Part shown: piece by piece, positions 28,742 through 37,590 of the stretch
Layout of the letters: every line of letters begins with the position of its first letter
Position numbering within the stretch: position 1 is the first letter of the stretch
NCBI RefSeq assembly: GCF_004353825.1
Contig: NZ_SMNA01000005.1
Location: forward strand, 310,001 to 374,000
Source: Occultella glacieicola
Lineage (GTDB): Bacteria > Actinomycetota > Actinomycetes > Actinomycetales > Beutenbergiaceae
Reading direction: 5' to 3'
Length of the DNA: 64,000 nt
Translations under genes and position numbers: made by a program
Notes under the pieces: generated by a model
The model's input: only the letters and a program-made list of their open reading frames with translations
Databases searched by the model: none
Told to the model about the DNA's origin: nothing

Positions 28742-30556
28742 TCACTCGCCGCGGATATCCGCCAGCACTTGGGTACGGAGCACGTCGACCGTCTGCTCAC
28801 CCACCTCGTCGACCCTGGTGAGAAGGCGCCGTGCCTCGTCGAACCGGCCATTGGCCACGACGGCGTCCACAGCCCGCGCCACGGCCTCGAGCCGGTCCGC
28901 GCCGAGCATCGCGGCGGAGGCGGCCAGGCTGACGGCCGCGTCGCGTGCGGCGCGCTGCTCGGCCGCCGCGACCGTCTCGTTCAGGCGAGCCAGGCGCGTG
29001 GGCCACATGATCGCGAAGCCGGAGACGAACTCGAGGGCGAGGTCGTTGCGCTGGTCGAGTTCGCCCGCCAGGTCCTCGATCTGCTCCCGCCGGAGTAGCG
29101 CGAGCGAGTCCAGGACGGGCAGCGCCGGCGCGGACAGCGGTACGACGTCGTCGGCGTTTCGCTTCGTCTTCGCCCAGGCGTTACGGCCGGTGACCAGACG
29201 GGCGATCGCCCTTGGGTAGTACAGGTAGGTGAGGTAGGCGTACACCAGTGTCGCCAGGCCCAGCCCGATCCCGGCCAGAACTCCGATGCGTTCCGTGGTG
29301 ACCCTGCGGTAGATCGGTCCCCAGGATGCGTACGGCAGGATCAGGAACACCAGCAGCGCGGTGACCGCGAATGCCAGGCTGCTCTCGGAGAGGAAGTCGA
29401 ACCGTCCTTCGACGACGGCAAGGAAGGTGAGCGTCGGAAGCACGAGCAGGTTGACCATCATGATCCACGGCAACAGCATGAAGTAGTGGATCTCGAGCTG
29501 TCCGGTGAGGCGCACCATTCCCGAGCGGCGCAGCGCGGGCAGCAACGAGGCGCACTCGAGCACACCCTGTGCCCAGCGGGTCCGTTGTGTCAGCAGCCGG
29601 CGCAGGTAGGGCAGCGCCTCCTGGGAGACGTGCGCCTCCCGGACGTAGTGGGTGCGGTGCCCGAGGGTCAGCACGCCCAGGCCGAGCTCGAAGTCCTCGC
29701 ACAGCTTGCGTCCCCACGGCCGGCCGTTGGCGACGGTCAGTTCGTCGAGCACGCTGAGCCTGGTGAACTGGCCGTTGCCGCCCATGCCCACGCTGCCCGC
29801 GGCGACCCGTAGCAGTTGCATGGCCGAGTTGGTGGTGCGGAACTCCACGTCCTGCATCCGGACCAGCAACCGGCCGACTGCGTTGGCCAGTCGCCCGCGG
29901 TTCGGGAGCGGCCTGCGGTCGTTGCGGTTCTTCATCCACACCTCGACCTGCACGGCGCCGACCTTCGGGTCGCCGAACGCCTCGGGGCCGGCGACGTGCG
30001 CCAGGGTGTTGTCGGAGAGATAGCCGTCCGCGTCGAGGACCCCGATGATCACCTGGGCCCGGTCGGTACCCGCGTCGAGGCTCGCGCCAATGGTCCGGTA
30101 GGCGGCGTTCAACGCTTCGCCCTTTCCGATCCGGGCGTCCGGTCGGACCCGGGAGATCAGGTGCACGCGAGGGTCGAACTCCATCAGTGCGGCCACGATG
30201 GACGCGGTGGCGTCCTCACTGTCGTCATCGATGACCCAGACGTGCGCCAGTGGGAAGGAGGTCCGCGCGGCGGAGACGGTGGCCGCGATCACGGACTCCT
30301 CATCCCGGCAGGGGATCATCAGGTGCCACTCGAGTTGGCCCGGATCGCCGGTGGGGTTCCGAGACCGGCGGAGGTAGGCCATCACCAGCATGGAGATGTA
30401 GGTGAGCGCGCAGGCCGCCGTGATGGTGACGAGCAGAAGGGCGGCATCGCGCCATCCGTTCTCGCCCCAGCGCCCCCAGATACCCGTGGCCGAGAACAGC
30501 GTGAACGCCGCAGCGCCATACGCGCCGGCGATGACCACCATGAGCAGGTTCTTCAC
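28742..30556 (-). CDS. Membrane GT2 glycosyltransferase (processive-type motifs) with C-terminal Hpt-like domain
   Basis: IPCRDEE, IDDDSED, GKGEALN, LDADG, CEDF, QRTRW, TM helices; C-terminal AAVSLAASAAMLGADRL. Confidence 0.82.
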   Translation of the reverse strand: MKNLLMVVIAGAYGAAAFTLFSATGIWGRWGENGWRDAALLLVTITAACALTYISMLVMAYLRRSRNPTGDPGQLEWHLMIPCRDEESVIAATVSAARTSFPLAHVWVIDDDSEDATASIVAALMEFDPRVHLISRVRPDARIGKGEALNAAYRTIGASLDAGTDRAQVIIGVLDADGYLSDNTLAHVAGPEAFGDPKVGAVQVEVWMKNRNDRRPLPNRGRLANAVGRLLVRMQDVEFRTTNSAMQLLRVAAGSVGMGGNGQFTRLSVLDELTVANGRPWGRKLCEDFELGLGVLTLGHRTHYVREAHVSQEALPYLRRLLTQRTRWAQGVLECASLLPALRRSGMVRLTGQLEIHYFMLLPWIMMVNLLVLPTLTFLAVVEGRFDFLSESSLAFAVTALLVFLILPYASWGPIYRRVTTERIGVLAGIGLGLATLVYAYLTYLYYPRAIARLVTGRNAWAKTKRNADDVVPLSAPALPVLDSLALLRREQIEDLAGELDQRNDLALEFVSGFAIMWPTRLARLNETVAAAEQRAARDAAVSLAASAAMLGADRLEAVARAVDAVVANGRFDEARRLLTRVDEVGEQTVDVLRTQVLADIRGE

Positions 30557-30602
30557 GTGTTCCCCCCGGTTCGATCCTCGAACTGTTGCCGAAGGTACCC
30601 GA

Positions 30603-32264
30603 TCACGCGACGGGCAGCCTGACGCGGAAGATCGATCCCTTCCCCGGCGTGGACTCGACCGCGATGGCGCCATCGTGTGCGCTGATGATCTCCTTGCTGA
30701 TGGCCAGGCCGAGCCCCACCCCGGGGACCGCCAGATCACGGGCGTTCGGGGTACGGAAGAAGCGGGTGAACAACCGATCCACCTCCGCAGGCGACATCCC
30801 CATCCCGGTGTCCTCGATCGCCACTTCGACCTCCGAGGCCTCCGGGACGTTGCAGGTCCGCACCACCACCCGCCCGCCGGCAGGGGTGTATTTGAGCGCG
30901 TTGGTGAGAAGGTTGTCGAGCACCTGGATGATCCTCGACGGATCCACCTCCACGTTGGGCAGAGCGGCGAGGTCAGCCTCGAGGCGCACATGACGTGCTT
31001 CGAAGCCGGGTCTGGCGGAGAGGATGGCGCGCTCCACGAGCTGAGGCAGGTCTGCCGGGACTCGCGCCAGCTGCAGGTTCCCGGACGTCGCCTGCGCCTG
31101 CGAGAGAAGGTCCTCGACGATCCGCAGAACCTGGGCGCTGTTGCGCTCGACGACGTCGAGATAGTCGTCGACGTCCGCGGCCCTTGGCGTCGGATCGTCG
31201 CGGATCAGATCCAGGTAGCCGATGATCGAGGTGATCGGAGTACGCAGTTCGTGGGAGACGGAGGAAACGAACGTCTCCCGCTGCCGCATCGCGTCGGTGA
31301 GGTCGGTGATGTCGGTGAACACGACCACCGCGCCCTCACGTGCACCATCGGCGCCGACCAGCGCGCGAGCGGAGACGGATACGGCGCGCTGGGTCCCGCC
31401 GGGCGCCCCGACGTACATGATCGAGCCGGTGAAACTCTCACCGCGGATCGCACGGCGGACCGGGCGCGCCTCGAGCCCGAGGGGCGTGCTGCGGTCGCGG
31501 TGGAACAGCAGGTGCCCGGCCTCGGTGCGGTCGGAGTTCTCCGGTGGCGAGGCGAGCGCGTGGATCTCGGCCTGGGCCGGGTTGCTGATCAGGTCGTTTC
31601 CGTCCGAGTCCACCACCACGATGCCGGCGCTGAGGGCACCGATGATTCCACGCAGCAGGCGCGCCGAGCGCTCGCTCTCCTGCAGCGAGTACGCGAGCTC
31701 CTGGGCGTTGTCGGTGATCTCCCGGCGCTGTCGGCGGAACGTGCTGCGCCCCAGGACGAGCATCGTCGTGACGCCGGCGATGACCATGGGCAGCAGCATC
31801 CGGCGCACGACGGTGAAGGCGTCAACCGGGCCCAGGGTGCCGAGCGGGGCCGGGACAAGGGAGAGCGCGACGGTTGCGGCGGTCGAGATCACCACCCCCA
31901 CGACGTCGAACAGCAATGTGAGCCACAACGCCGGAAACATGCAGAGCAGGCCCAGAGCGGAGGTCTCCGCCCCACCGGTGCCGGCACAGAGTGCGATCGC
32001 AAGGAAGTCCAGGAGCGGCAGAATGGCCAGAACCTTGATCGGGGTCCGGCGCCATGGCACCAGCGCGCAGGCCACCGTCACGCCGGCGATGATGGCCACA
32101 CCGACCAGGAAACTTGGCTCGAAGAAGATCCCGGGACGGAACACGGCGATCACCGGGAACACCACCAGGACCGGCACGATGAAGATGGTCTGCTGCGTCG
32201 CCGCCCGGCGTGGCTGGTTGACGTAGAACGAGCGCCCGTAGGCACGCAACGGTGATCCCCACAC
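30603..32264 (-). CDS. Membrane sensor histidine kinase with PAS-like domain
   Basis: N-terminal TM helices, VSHELRTPIT, NLLTNALKY, EDTGMG, GVGLGLAI, GKGSIF; start uncertain. Confidence 0.9.
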   Translation of the reverse strand: MWGSPLRAYGRSFYVNQPRRAATQQTIFIVPVLVVFPVIAVFRPGIFFEPSFLVGVAIIAGVTVACALVPWRRTPIKVLAILPLLDFLAIALCAGTGGAETSALGLLCMFPALWLTLLFDVVGVVISTAATVALSLVPAPLGTLGPVDAFTVVRRMLLPMVIAGVTTMLVLGRSTFRRQRREITDNAQELAYSLQESERSARLLRGIIGALSAGIVVVDSDGNDLISNPAQAEIHALASPPENSDRTEAGHLLFHRDRSTPLGLEARPVRRAIRGESFTGSIMYVGAPGGTQRAVSVSARALVGADGAREGAVVVFTDITDLTDAMRQRETFVSSVSHELRTPITSIIGYLDLIRDDPTPRAADVDDYLDVVERNSAQVLRIVEDLLSQAQATSGNLQLARVPADLPQLVERAILSARPGFEARHVRLEADLAALPNVEVDPSRIIQVLDNLLTNALKYTPAGGRVVVRTCNVPEASEVEVAIEDTGMGMSPAEVDRLFTRFFRTPNARDLAVPGVGLGLAISKEIISAHDGAIAVESTPGKGSIFRVRLPVA

Positions 32265-32366
32265 CGGTTCAGAGTAGGGCCAGGGAGGTATCGACGCCCT
32301 ACCGGCGCCACCTCTTCCGTTGACGGTCCGACGTCGCACCCGGCGGAACGGTCCGACCGACCGGCG

Positions 32367-33572
32367 TCACACCGGCGGGACCTCCGCGGCCAGCACCGAC
32401 CAGAACGCCTCGATCACGGTCGTCGGGATCGGGGCGGCCCACGCCTCGTTCGTGAGCAGGACCGCACTGAGCCCGCGCACGGTGTCGTTGCGCCAGGCGG
32501 AGCCGAGGCCGCCGTCCCACCCGTAGTTGCCCACGACCGACAACGTCGGCACCAACGCGACTCCGACGCCCAGTCCCCAGCCGGTGGTCCCGTCCGGACT
32601 CGGGCTGCTGGCGGCGAGTTGGGCCTGCGTGAGCCGGTTCGTCGTCATCGCGGCGATACTGCCCGGCAGGAGCACGCGGGTCCCGCCGATCGCGCCGCCG
32701 TCGCGGAGCATCGCACCGAAGGTCAGGTAGTCACCCACGGTGGAGACCAGCCCGGCGTCGCCGCCCTCGAATGCCGGCGGCGCGGCCCACTGCCCGTCCG
32801 GGGAGTCGTAGACGGCGACGGTCCCAGTGCCGGGATCCGGCGGCCAGAAGCAGGCGCCGAACCGCCCGGACTGCTCCGCCGGGACACTGAAGCCGGTGTC
32901 CCGCATGCCGAGCGGCCCGAACACCCGCTCGGTCAGAACCGCACCGAGGGACGTCCCGGTGGCTCGGGCGATGAGGACCCCGAGCACCTCGGCGCCGGTG
33001 TTGTACAGCCATCGCTCCCCCGGTTGGTGCCGTAGCGGGAAGGTACCGAGGAGCGCGAGCCATTCGTCCGGCGGCAGATGTTCCTGCGGAGCCGGCGGCG
33101 CTGCGGCCAACCCGGCCTCGGCCATCGCCGTGTCCAAGGGTGTCGGTGAGCCCATCGTGGTGAAGTCCATCCCGTGTCCGAGCCGGAACGAGAACAGATC
33201 CTCGACTGTGATCGGCCGCTGTGCCGCTTCCGTCTCGCCGATTGGCCCGTCCGGGCGGAGCAGGACCCGGCGCTCCGCGAGCTCGGGCAGGAGGTCGTCG
33301 ACGGGTGCATCGAGTGCGAGAGTTCCGTCCTCGACCAACGCCAGGGCCGCGACGGCGGTGACCGGCTTGGTCATGGAACTGATCCGGTAGATGGTGTCGG
33401 TCGTCGCCGCCTGGGTGCCATCGGCGTCCAGGTGACCGAGCGCTCCGAACCGCCGCTCGCCGTCGACGTCGATGCCCCAGGTGAGCCCCGGTGGGCTGCC
33501 GCCCTCCACGATCGGGCTGAGCGCCACCGTCAGCGCTTCGGCGACGTGGTCGAGATCGATACGGTCGTTCAT
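32367..33572 (-). CDS. Serine hydrolase, beta-lactamase-like family
   Basis: RISSMTKP (SxxK), QPGERWLYN, YGWDGGLG. Confidence 0.9.
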   Translation of the reverse strand: MNDRIDLDHVAEALTVALSPIVEGGSPPGLTWGIDVDGERRFGALGHLDADGTQAATTDTIYRISSMTKPVTAVAALALVEDGTLALDAPVDDLLPELAERRVLLRPDGPIGETEAAQRPITVEDLFSFRLGHGMDFTTMGSPTPLDTAMAEAGLAAAPPAPQEHLPPDEWLALLGTFPLRHQPGERWLYNTGAEVLGVLIARATGTSLGAVLTERVFGPLGMRDTGFSVPAEQSGRFGACFWPPDPGTGTVAVYDSPDGQWAAPPAFEGGDAGLVSTVGDYLTFGAMLRDGGAIGGTRVLLPGSIAAMTTNRLTQAQLAASSPSPDGTTGWGLGVGVALVPTLSVVGNYGWDGGLGSAWRNDTVRGLSAVLLTNEAWAAPIPTTVIEAFWSVLAAEVPPV

Positions 33573-33650
33573 GGGGTCCCTTCCGATCGGTGCTCCCAGG
33601 CAGACCCGGCGCCGGCCCGGAACTCATCGCCGCAACGCGGGGTACGCTTC

Positions 33651-33689
33651 GCGAGAGTGCGGAAATGGCAACCACCACGGCGCCCTCAC
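33651..33689. repeat. Palindromic repeat family B, copy 1
   Basis: GCGAGAGTGCGGAAATGG-caa-CCACCACGGCGCCCTCAC. Confidence 0.7.
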
Positions 33690-33745
33690 CGGGTGGCGCG
33701 CCGGCACCTCGCCGCCCACCCCCGCCTGACCCGCACCCACCCTGC

Positions 33746-33784
33746 GCGAGCGTGCGGAAACGGCAACCATCACAGCACCCTCAC
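33746..33784. repeat. Palindromic repeat family B, copy 2
   Basis: GCGAGCGTGCGGAAACGG-caa-CCATCACAGCACCCTCAC. Confidence 0.7.
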
Positions 33785-33841
33785 GGCCGAGCATCACGCG
33801 CACGCGCGACGCAGTCGTCCACTCCCGTGTGCCCGATGCGG

Positions 33842-33853
33842 GGCGGTCCACAG
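33842..33853 (+). promoter_or_regulatory. Upstream motif GGCGGTCCACAG (shared with 9019-9030)
   Basis: Identical 12-mer 49 nt upstream of the ATG at 33903. Confidence 0.55.
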
Positions 33854-33902
33854 CCGGCGCCATGCTCGCGCGCCGGCTTCGCGAGCTTGCCACCCTGCTC
33901 GG

Positions 33903-34810
33903 ATGGTGCGACAGCCCGATCCGGACGTGCCCCCCGGGGTGCGACTCGGTGAACAGTTCTCCATCACCGAGGCGCGCGCACGCGGCTACACGAGGGGCCA
34001 GATCCGGCACCGTCGGGCGAGTGGGAAGTGGCAGAGCGTGGTCGGGAGGATCGTGCTGGACCGCACCCGCAGGGTCGATGACACCGAGCGCATCCGGGCG
34101 GCGGTCAGCACCTGGCCACGGGGGTGGTGGGGCTGCGGGCAGCCGCCGCGTGGTATGGGCTTCCGGTGGCGCCCGGTCCCCGGATCGAGGTGTACACCTC
34201 CGTGGCCAGGCGGCCGACGCGTCACCTGCAGCCGCTCCGCGGACGCCTTCCCGGGGCCGACATCGACTCCCGCGAGCGCCTCGGGCTTCGGGTCACGACC
34301 ATGAGGCGGACCATCCTGGACTGCCTGGCCCACCTGCCGCGCGGTGAGGCCGAACGCCTCTGGGCCTACGTGTCCAGCCGCTCCCTGCTCAGCCAGGCCC
34401 ACCTGCTGGAGGCGATCGCCGACCGCCGCGGGCATCGGGGAACCGGTCAGCTCCGGCACTTCGCCGACCTCGCGGGCCGCGGTGCCGCCAACCCGGCGGA
34501 GGTCCGCCTGCACGAGATCCTGCGGGCCGCGGGCCTGACCCAGTGGCGGGCGGGGGTGCCGGTCAAGACGCCGGACGGTCTGATCGTGGCGCGGCCGGAC
34601 GTCCTGTTCGAGCGCGAGAAGGTCGCGATCGAACTCGATGGCGCCCGAGCACACGGCCCGGACCAGTTCCAGTCGGACCGAGCGCGCCAGAACAGGTTGG
34701 TCGAGCTCGGCTACACCCCGCTGCACTTCACCTGGGCCGACCTCCGGGACCGGGCCGAGCAGGTCGTCGCGACCGTTCGTCGCACGCTCGCGCTCGCGCA
34801 GCCGGCGTGA
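33903..34810 (+). pseudogene. AbiEi-like/DUF559 endonuclease-fold protein, frameshifted at G5 run 34120-34124
   Basis: FSITEARARGYTRGQIRHRRASGKW...TWPRG in one frame; VVGLRAAAAWYGL...NPAEVRL...RPDVLF...IELDGARAH...DRARQNRL..LGYTPLHFTW in another; G6 restores the frame. Confidence 0.78.
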
Positions 34811-34831
34811 GAGTGCCGACGCGCGGGCGGG

Positions 34832-34871
34832 GTGAGCGTGCCGAAGTGGTCGCCACTTCAGCACTCTCGGC
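34832..34871. repeat. Palindromic repeat family B, copy 3
   Basis: GTGAGCGTGCCGAAGTGG-tcg-CCACTTCAGCACTCTCGGC. Confidence 0.85.
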
Positions 34872-34905
34872 ACCGGCGCGAGGGAGCCGCGCCCGCCTAC
34901 CCGGC

Positions 34906-34945
34906 GTGAGCGTGCCGAAGTGGTCGCCACTTCAGCACTCTCGGC
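34906..34945. repeat. Palindromic repeat family B, copy 4 (identical to copy 3)
   Basis: Exact 40-bp duplicate; half-copies at 34807-34819 and near 34948-34958. Confidence 0.85.
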
Positions 34946-34963
34946 GCCCGAGAGTGCGAGGTG

Positions 34964-36007
34964 TCAGGACTTGCGGAACCGCGACCACAGGTCCACGTCG
35001 GACTCGGGCTGCTTCTCACCGAGCGCGTCCTCGATCGCCTCGAGCTCGTCTCCGGAGAACTCGAGGTTGTCGAGTGCGCCGAGGCTGTCCTCGAGCTGAC
35101 CCACGCTGCTCGCCCCGATCAGGACGGAGGTCACCCGCTCGTCGCGCAGACCCCAGGCGAGCGCGAGCTGGGCCAGGCTCTGCCCGCGACCGGCAGCGAT
35201 CTCGTTGAGGGCGCGGACGGTGGCGAGGGCCTCGTCGGTGAGCAGGTCCGGGTTCAGCGACTTGTGCTGGGTGGCGCGCGACCCCTCGGGGATGCCGCCC
35301 AGGTACTTGTCCGTGAGCATGCCCTGGGCGAGCGGGGAGAACGCGATGCAGCCGGCGCCGACGTCCTCGAGAGTGTCCAGCAGGCCGTCGGTCTCGATCC
35401 ACCGGTTCAGCATCGAGTAGGACGGCTGGTGGATCAGCAGCGGGGTGCCGAGGTCGGCGAGGATCTGCGCGGCGCGGCGGGTGTCCTCCGGCGAGTAGGA
35501 CGAGATGCCCGCGTAGAGCGCCTTGCCCTGCTGCACCGCGGTGTGCAACGCCCCCATCGTCTCCTCGAGCGGCGTCGTCGCGTCGAACCGGTGCGAGTAG
35601 AAGATGTCGACGTACTCCAGGCCCATCCGAGTCAGGGACTGCTCCAGGCTGGCGAGCAAGTACTTGCGGGAGCCGCCGCCCTGCCCGTACGGGCCCGGCC
35701 ACATGTCGTAGCCCGCCTTGGAGGAGATGATCAGCTCGTCCCGGTACGGCCGGAAGTCCGCGGCCAGGTGGCGGCCGAAGTTGGCCTCCGCGGAACCGTA
35801 CGGCGGGCCGTAGTTGTTCGCCAGGTCGAAGTGGGTCACGCCGAGGTCGAACGCACGGCGCAGGATGGCCCGCTGCCGCTCCATCGGCACGTCGTCGCCG
35901 AAGTTGTGCCAGAGGCCCAGGGAGATCGCGGGCAGGTCCAGGCCGCTGCGACCGACCCGACGGTAGGTGGCGGTCTCGTAACGGTTCGGGTCAGCGGTGT
36001 ACGTCAT
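34964..36007 (-). CDS. mgrA: Aldo/keto reductase, L-glyceraldehyde 3-phosphate reductase type
   Basis: LSLG-like ISLGLWHNFG, HFDLANNYGPPYGSAE, SSKAGYDMWPGPYG, HQPSYSMLNRW. Confidence 0.9.
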   Translation of the reverse strand: MTYTADPNRYETATYRRVGRSGLDLPAISLGLWHNFGDDVPMERQRAILRRAFDLGVTHFDLANNYGPPYGSAEANFGRHLAADFRPYRDELIISSKAGYDMWPGPYGQGGGSRKYLLASLEQSLTRMGLEYVDIFYSHRFDATTPLEETMGALHTAVQQGKALYAGISSYSPEDTRRAAQILADLGTPLLIHQPSYSMLNRWIETDGLLDTLEDVGAGCIAFSPLAQGMLTDKYLGGIPEGSRATQHKSLNPDLLTDEALATVRALNEIAAGRGQSLAQLALAWGLRDERVTSVLIGASSVGQLEDSLGALDNLEFSGDELEAIEDALGEKQPESDVDLWSRFRKS

Positions 36008-36100
36008 CGTTCCTTCTTCGAGCTGGGCGGGTCATGGGAGATGCGCGTGGTGGCGGACGGGCGCCCGGATGACCGGCGCCGTCGCACTCACCGTAGTACC

Positions 36101-36127
36101 GGTCACATTCGGTCGCCGTCCGACGTC
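36101..36127 (+). promoter_or_regulatory. Predicted ECF41-dependent promoter
   Basis: GGTCACA-N16-CGTC versus known ECF41 consensus TGTCACA-N16-CGTC, upstream of the oxidoreductase-sigma unit. Confidence 0.7.
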
Positions 36128-36179
36128 CTCCAGGTGAACCGCCATCCCGGCGGTCTCCCCACAGCGGAAGGAAACACCC

Positions 36180-37535
36180 ATGACCACGGCTCTGCAGACC
36201 CTGCGTCAGGACTTCGTCGGCTCCGTCATCGAGCCGGGGCTGCCGGACTACGACACCTCCCGGCGCACCCCGCTCGCCTGGGGCAGCCCCGACGTCGTGC
36301 TCCGCCCCGCCGACACGGCCGACGTGCAGCGCGCCGTCGGGTTCGTCACCGCGGAACGGATGCCGCTCGCGGTCCGCGGCGGCGGGCACTCGTTCGCCGG
36401 GTTCGGCACCCGCGACTCCGGCGCCGTCCTCGACCTCTCGCGCCTCGCGGACATCGAGGTCGACCCCGGCCCGGGCCGGGTCCGGGTGGGCGGTGGCGCG
36501 ACCTGGGCCCAGGTCGCGAGCGCGCTCGCTCCGCACGACCTGGTCATCTCCTCGGGCGACACCGCGAGCGTGGGGGTCGCCGGACTGACGCTCTCCGGTG
36601 GCGTCGGCTGGTTGGTCCGCCAGCACGGGCTGACCCTGGACAGTCTCCGCGCGGCCGAGGTCGTGACCGCGGACGGCACCCTCGTGACCGTGGACGCCGG
36701 ACGGCATCCCGACCTGTTCTGGGCGCTGCGCGGCGGCGGCGGGAATTTCGGCATCGTGACGTCATTCGAGTTCCAGGCGAGCCGCGGAGCGGGGGTCTGG
36801 TTCGGGCGGATCGCGTTCCCCTCTCAGGAGGCGAGCCGGATCCTGCCCACCTGGGCGCAGTACATGCGCACGGCGCCACCCGAACTGACCTCGATCGTGG
36901 ACCTCGCCAACCCGTTCGCCGGCGGCCGCGAGGCGCCCGTGGCGGTGCAGGTCGCGGTCCACGGCGAGGACCCGGCCGCCGCGGACCGGGCGATCGAGCC
37001 GATCCGACGGCTCGGGACCGTCGTCGCCGACGACGTGGCACCGCACCGTTATGCCGACATCCTCGAGGACGGGGCTCTGCTGCCGCCGGGCCTGCGCATC
37101 TCGGCGAGCAACGCCTTCGTCACCGGCCCGGAGGCCGCCGACGCCATGGAGATCCTGGCCCGCCGGGCGCGGGACGAGATGCCGCCGGCGATCACCGTGC
37201 GCAGCCTCGGTGGAGCGGTGTCGCAGGTTCCGCGGGAGGCCACGGCGTTCGCGCACCGTTCGGCGGAGTTCGTGGTCGTGCTCACGGCGGCCGGACCCGG
37301 TCCCGTCGTCGACGCGGCACAGGAGCGGATCGGGGACATCTGGCAGGAGTTGGCGCCGCACGTCGACGGCGCCTACGCGAACTTCCTCAGTACCGCGACG
37401 CCCGCGGACGTCGCGGCCGTATACCCACCCGACACCCTCGGCCGGCTGGCCCGGATCAAGCGCGACTACGACCCGGAGAACCTGTTCTCGGGCAGCCACA
37501 ACATCGCCCCGGCACCCGAACCGGCCCTGCGGTAG
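36180..37535 (+). CDS. FAD-binding oxidoreductase (PCMH-type, BBE-like C-terminus)
   Basis: VRGGGHS, VGVAGLTLSGG, WALRGGGGNFGIVT, YANF, KRDYDPENLF. Confidence 0.92.
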   Translation: MTTALQTLRQDFVGSVIEPGLPDYDTSRRTPLAWGSPDVVLRPADTADVQRAVGFVTAERMPLAVRGGGHSFAGFGTRDSGAVLDLSRLADIEVDPGPGRVRVGGGATWAQVASALAPHDLVISSGDTASVGVAGLTLSGGVGWLVRQHGLTLDSLRAAEVVTADGTLVTVDAGRHPDLFWALRGGGGNFGIVTSFEFQASRGAGVWFGRIAFPSQEASRILPTWAQYMRTAPPELTSIVDLANPFAGGREAPVAVQVAVHGEDPAAADRAIEPIRRLGTVVADDVAPHRYADILEDGALLPPGLRISASNAFVTGPEAADAMEILARRARDEMPPAITVRSLGGAVSQVPREATAFAHRSAEFVVVLTAAGPGPVVDAAQERIGDIWQELAPHVDGAYANFLSTATPADVAAVYPPDTLGRLARIKRDYDPENLFSGSHNIAPAPEPALR

Positions 37536-37590
37536 CGTCGATGACTGCGCATGATGCCGGCCCACACGGACCCCGGCGAGAGGGAATCGA

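Noticed and set aside
32367..33572. Beta-lactam resistance gene
   Set aside because: SxxK esterase-like family member without a signal peptide; resistance cannot be inferred
34832..34945. Two identical 40-bp palindromes with a 34-bp gap as a mini-CRISPR
   Set aside because: Only two units, no cas genes or leader, and degenerate copies flank the other side of the gene, which fits REP-like repeats better
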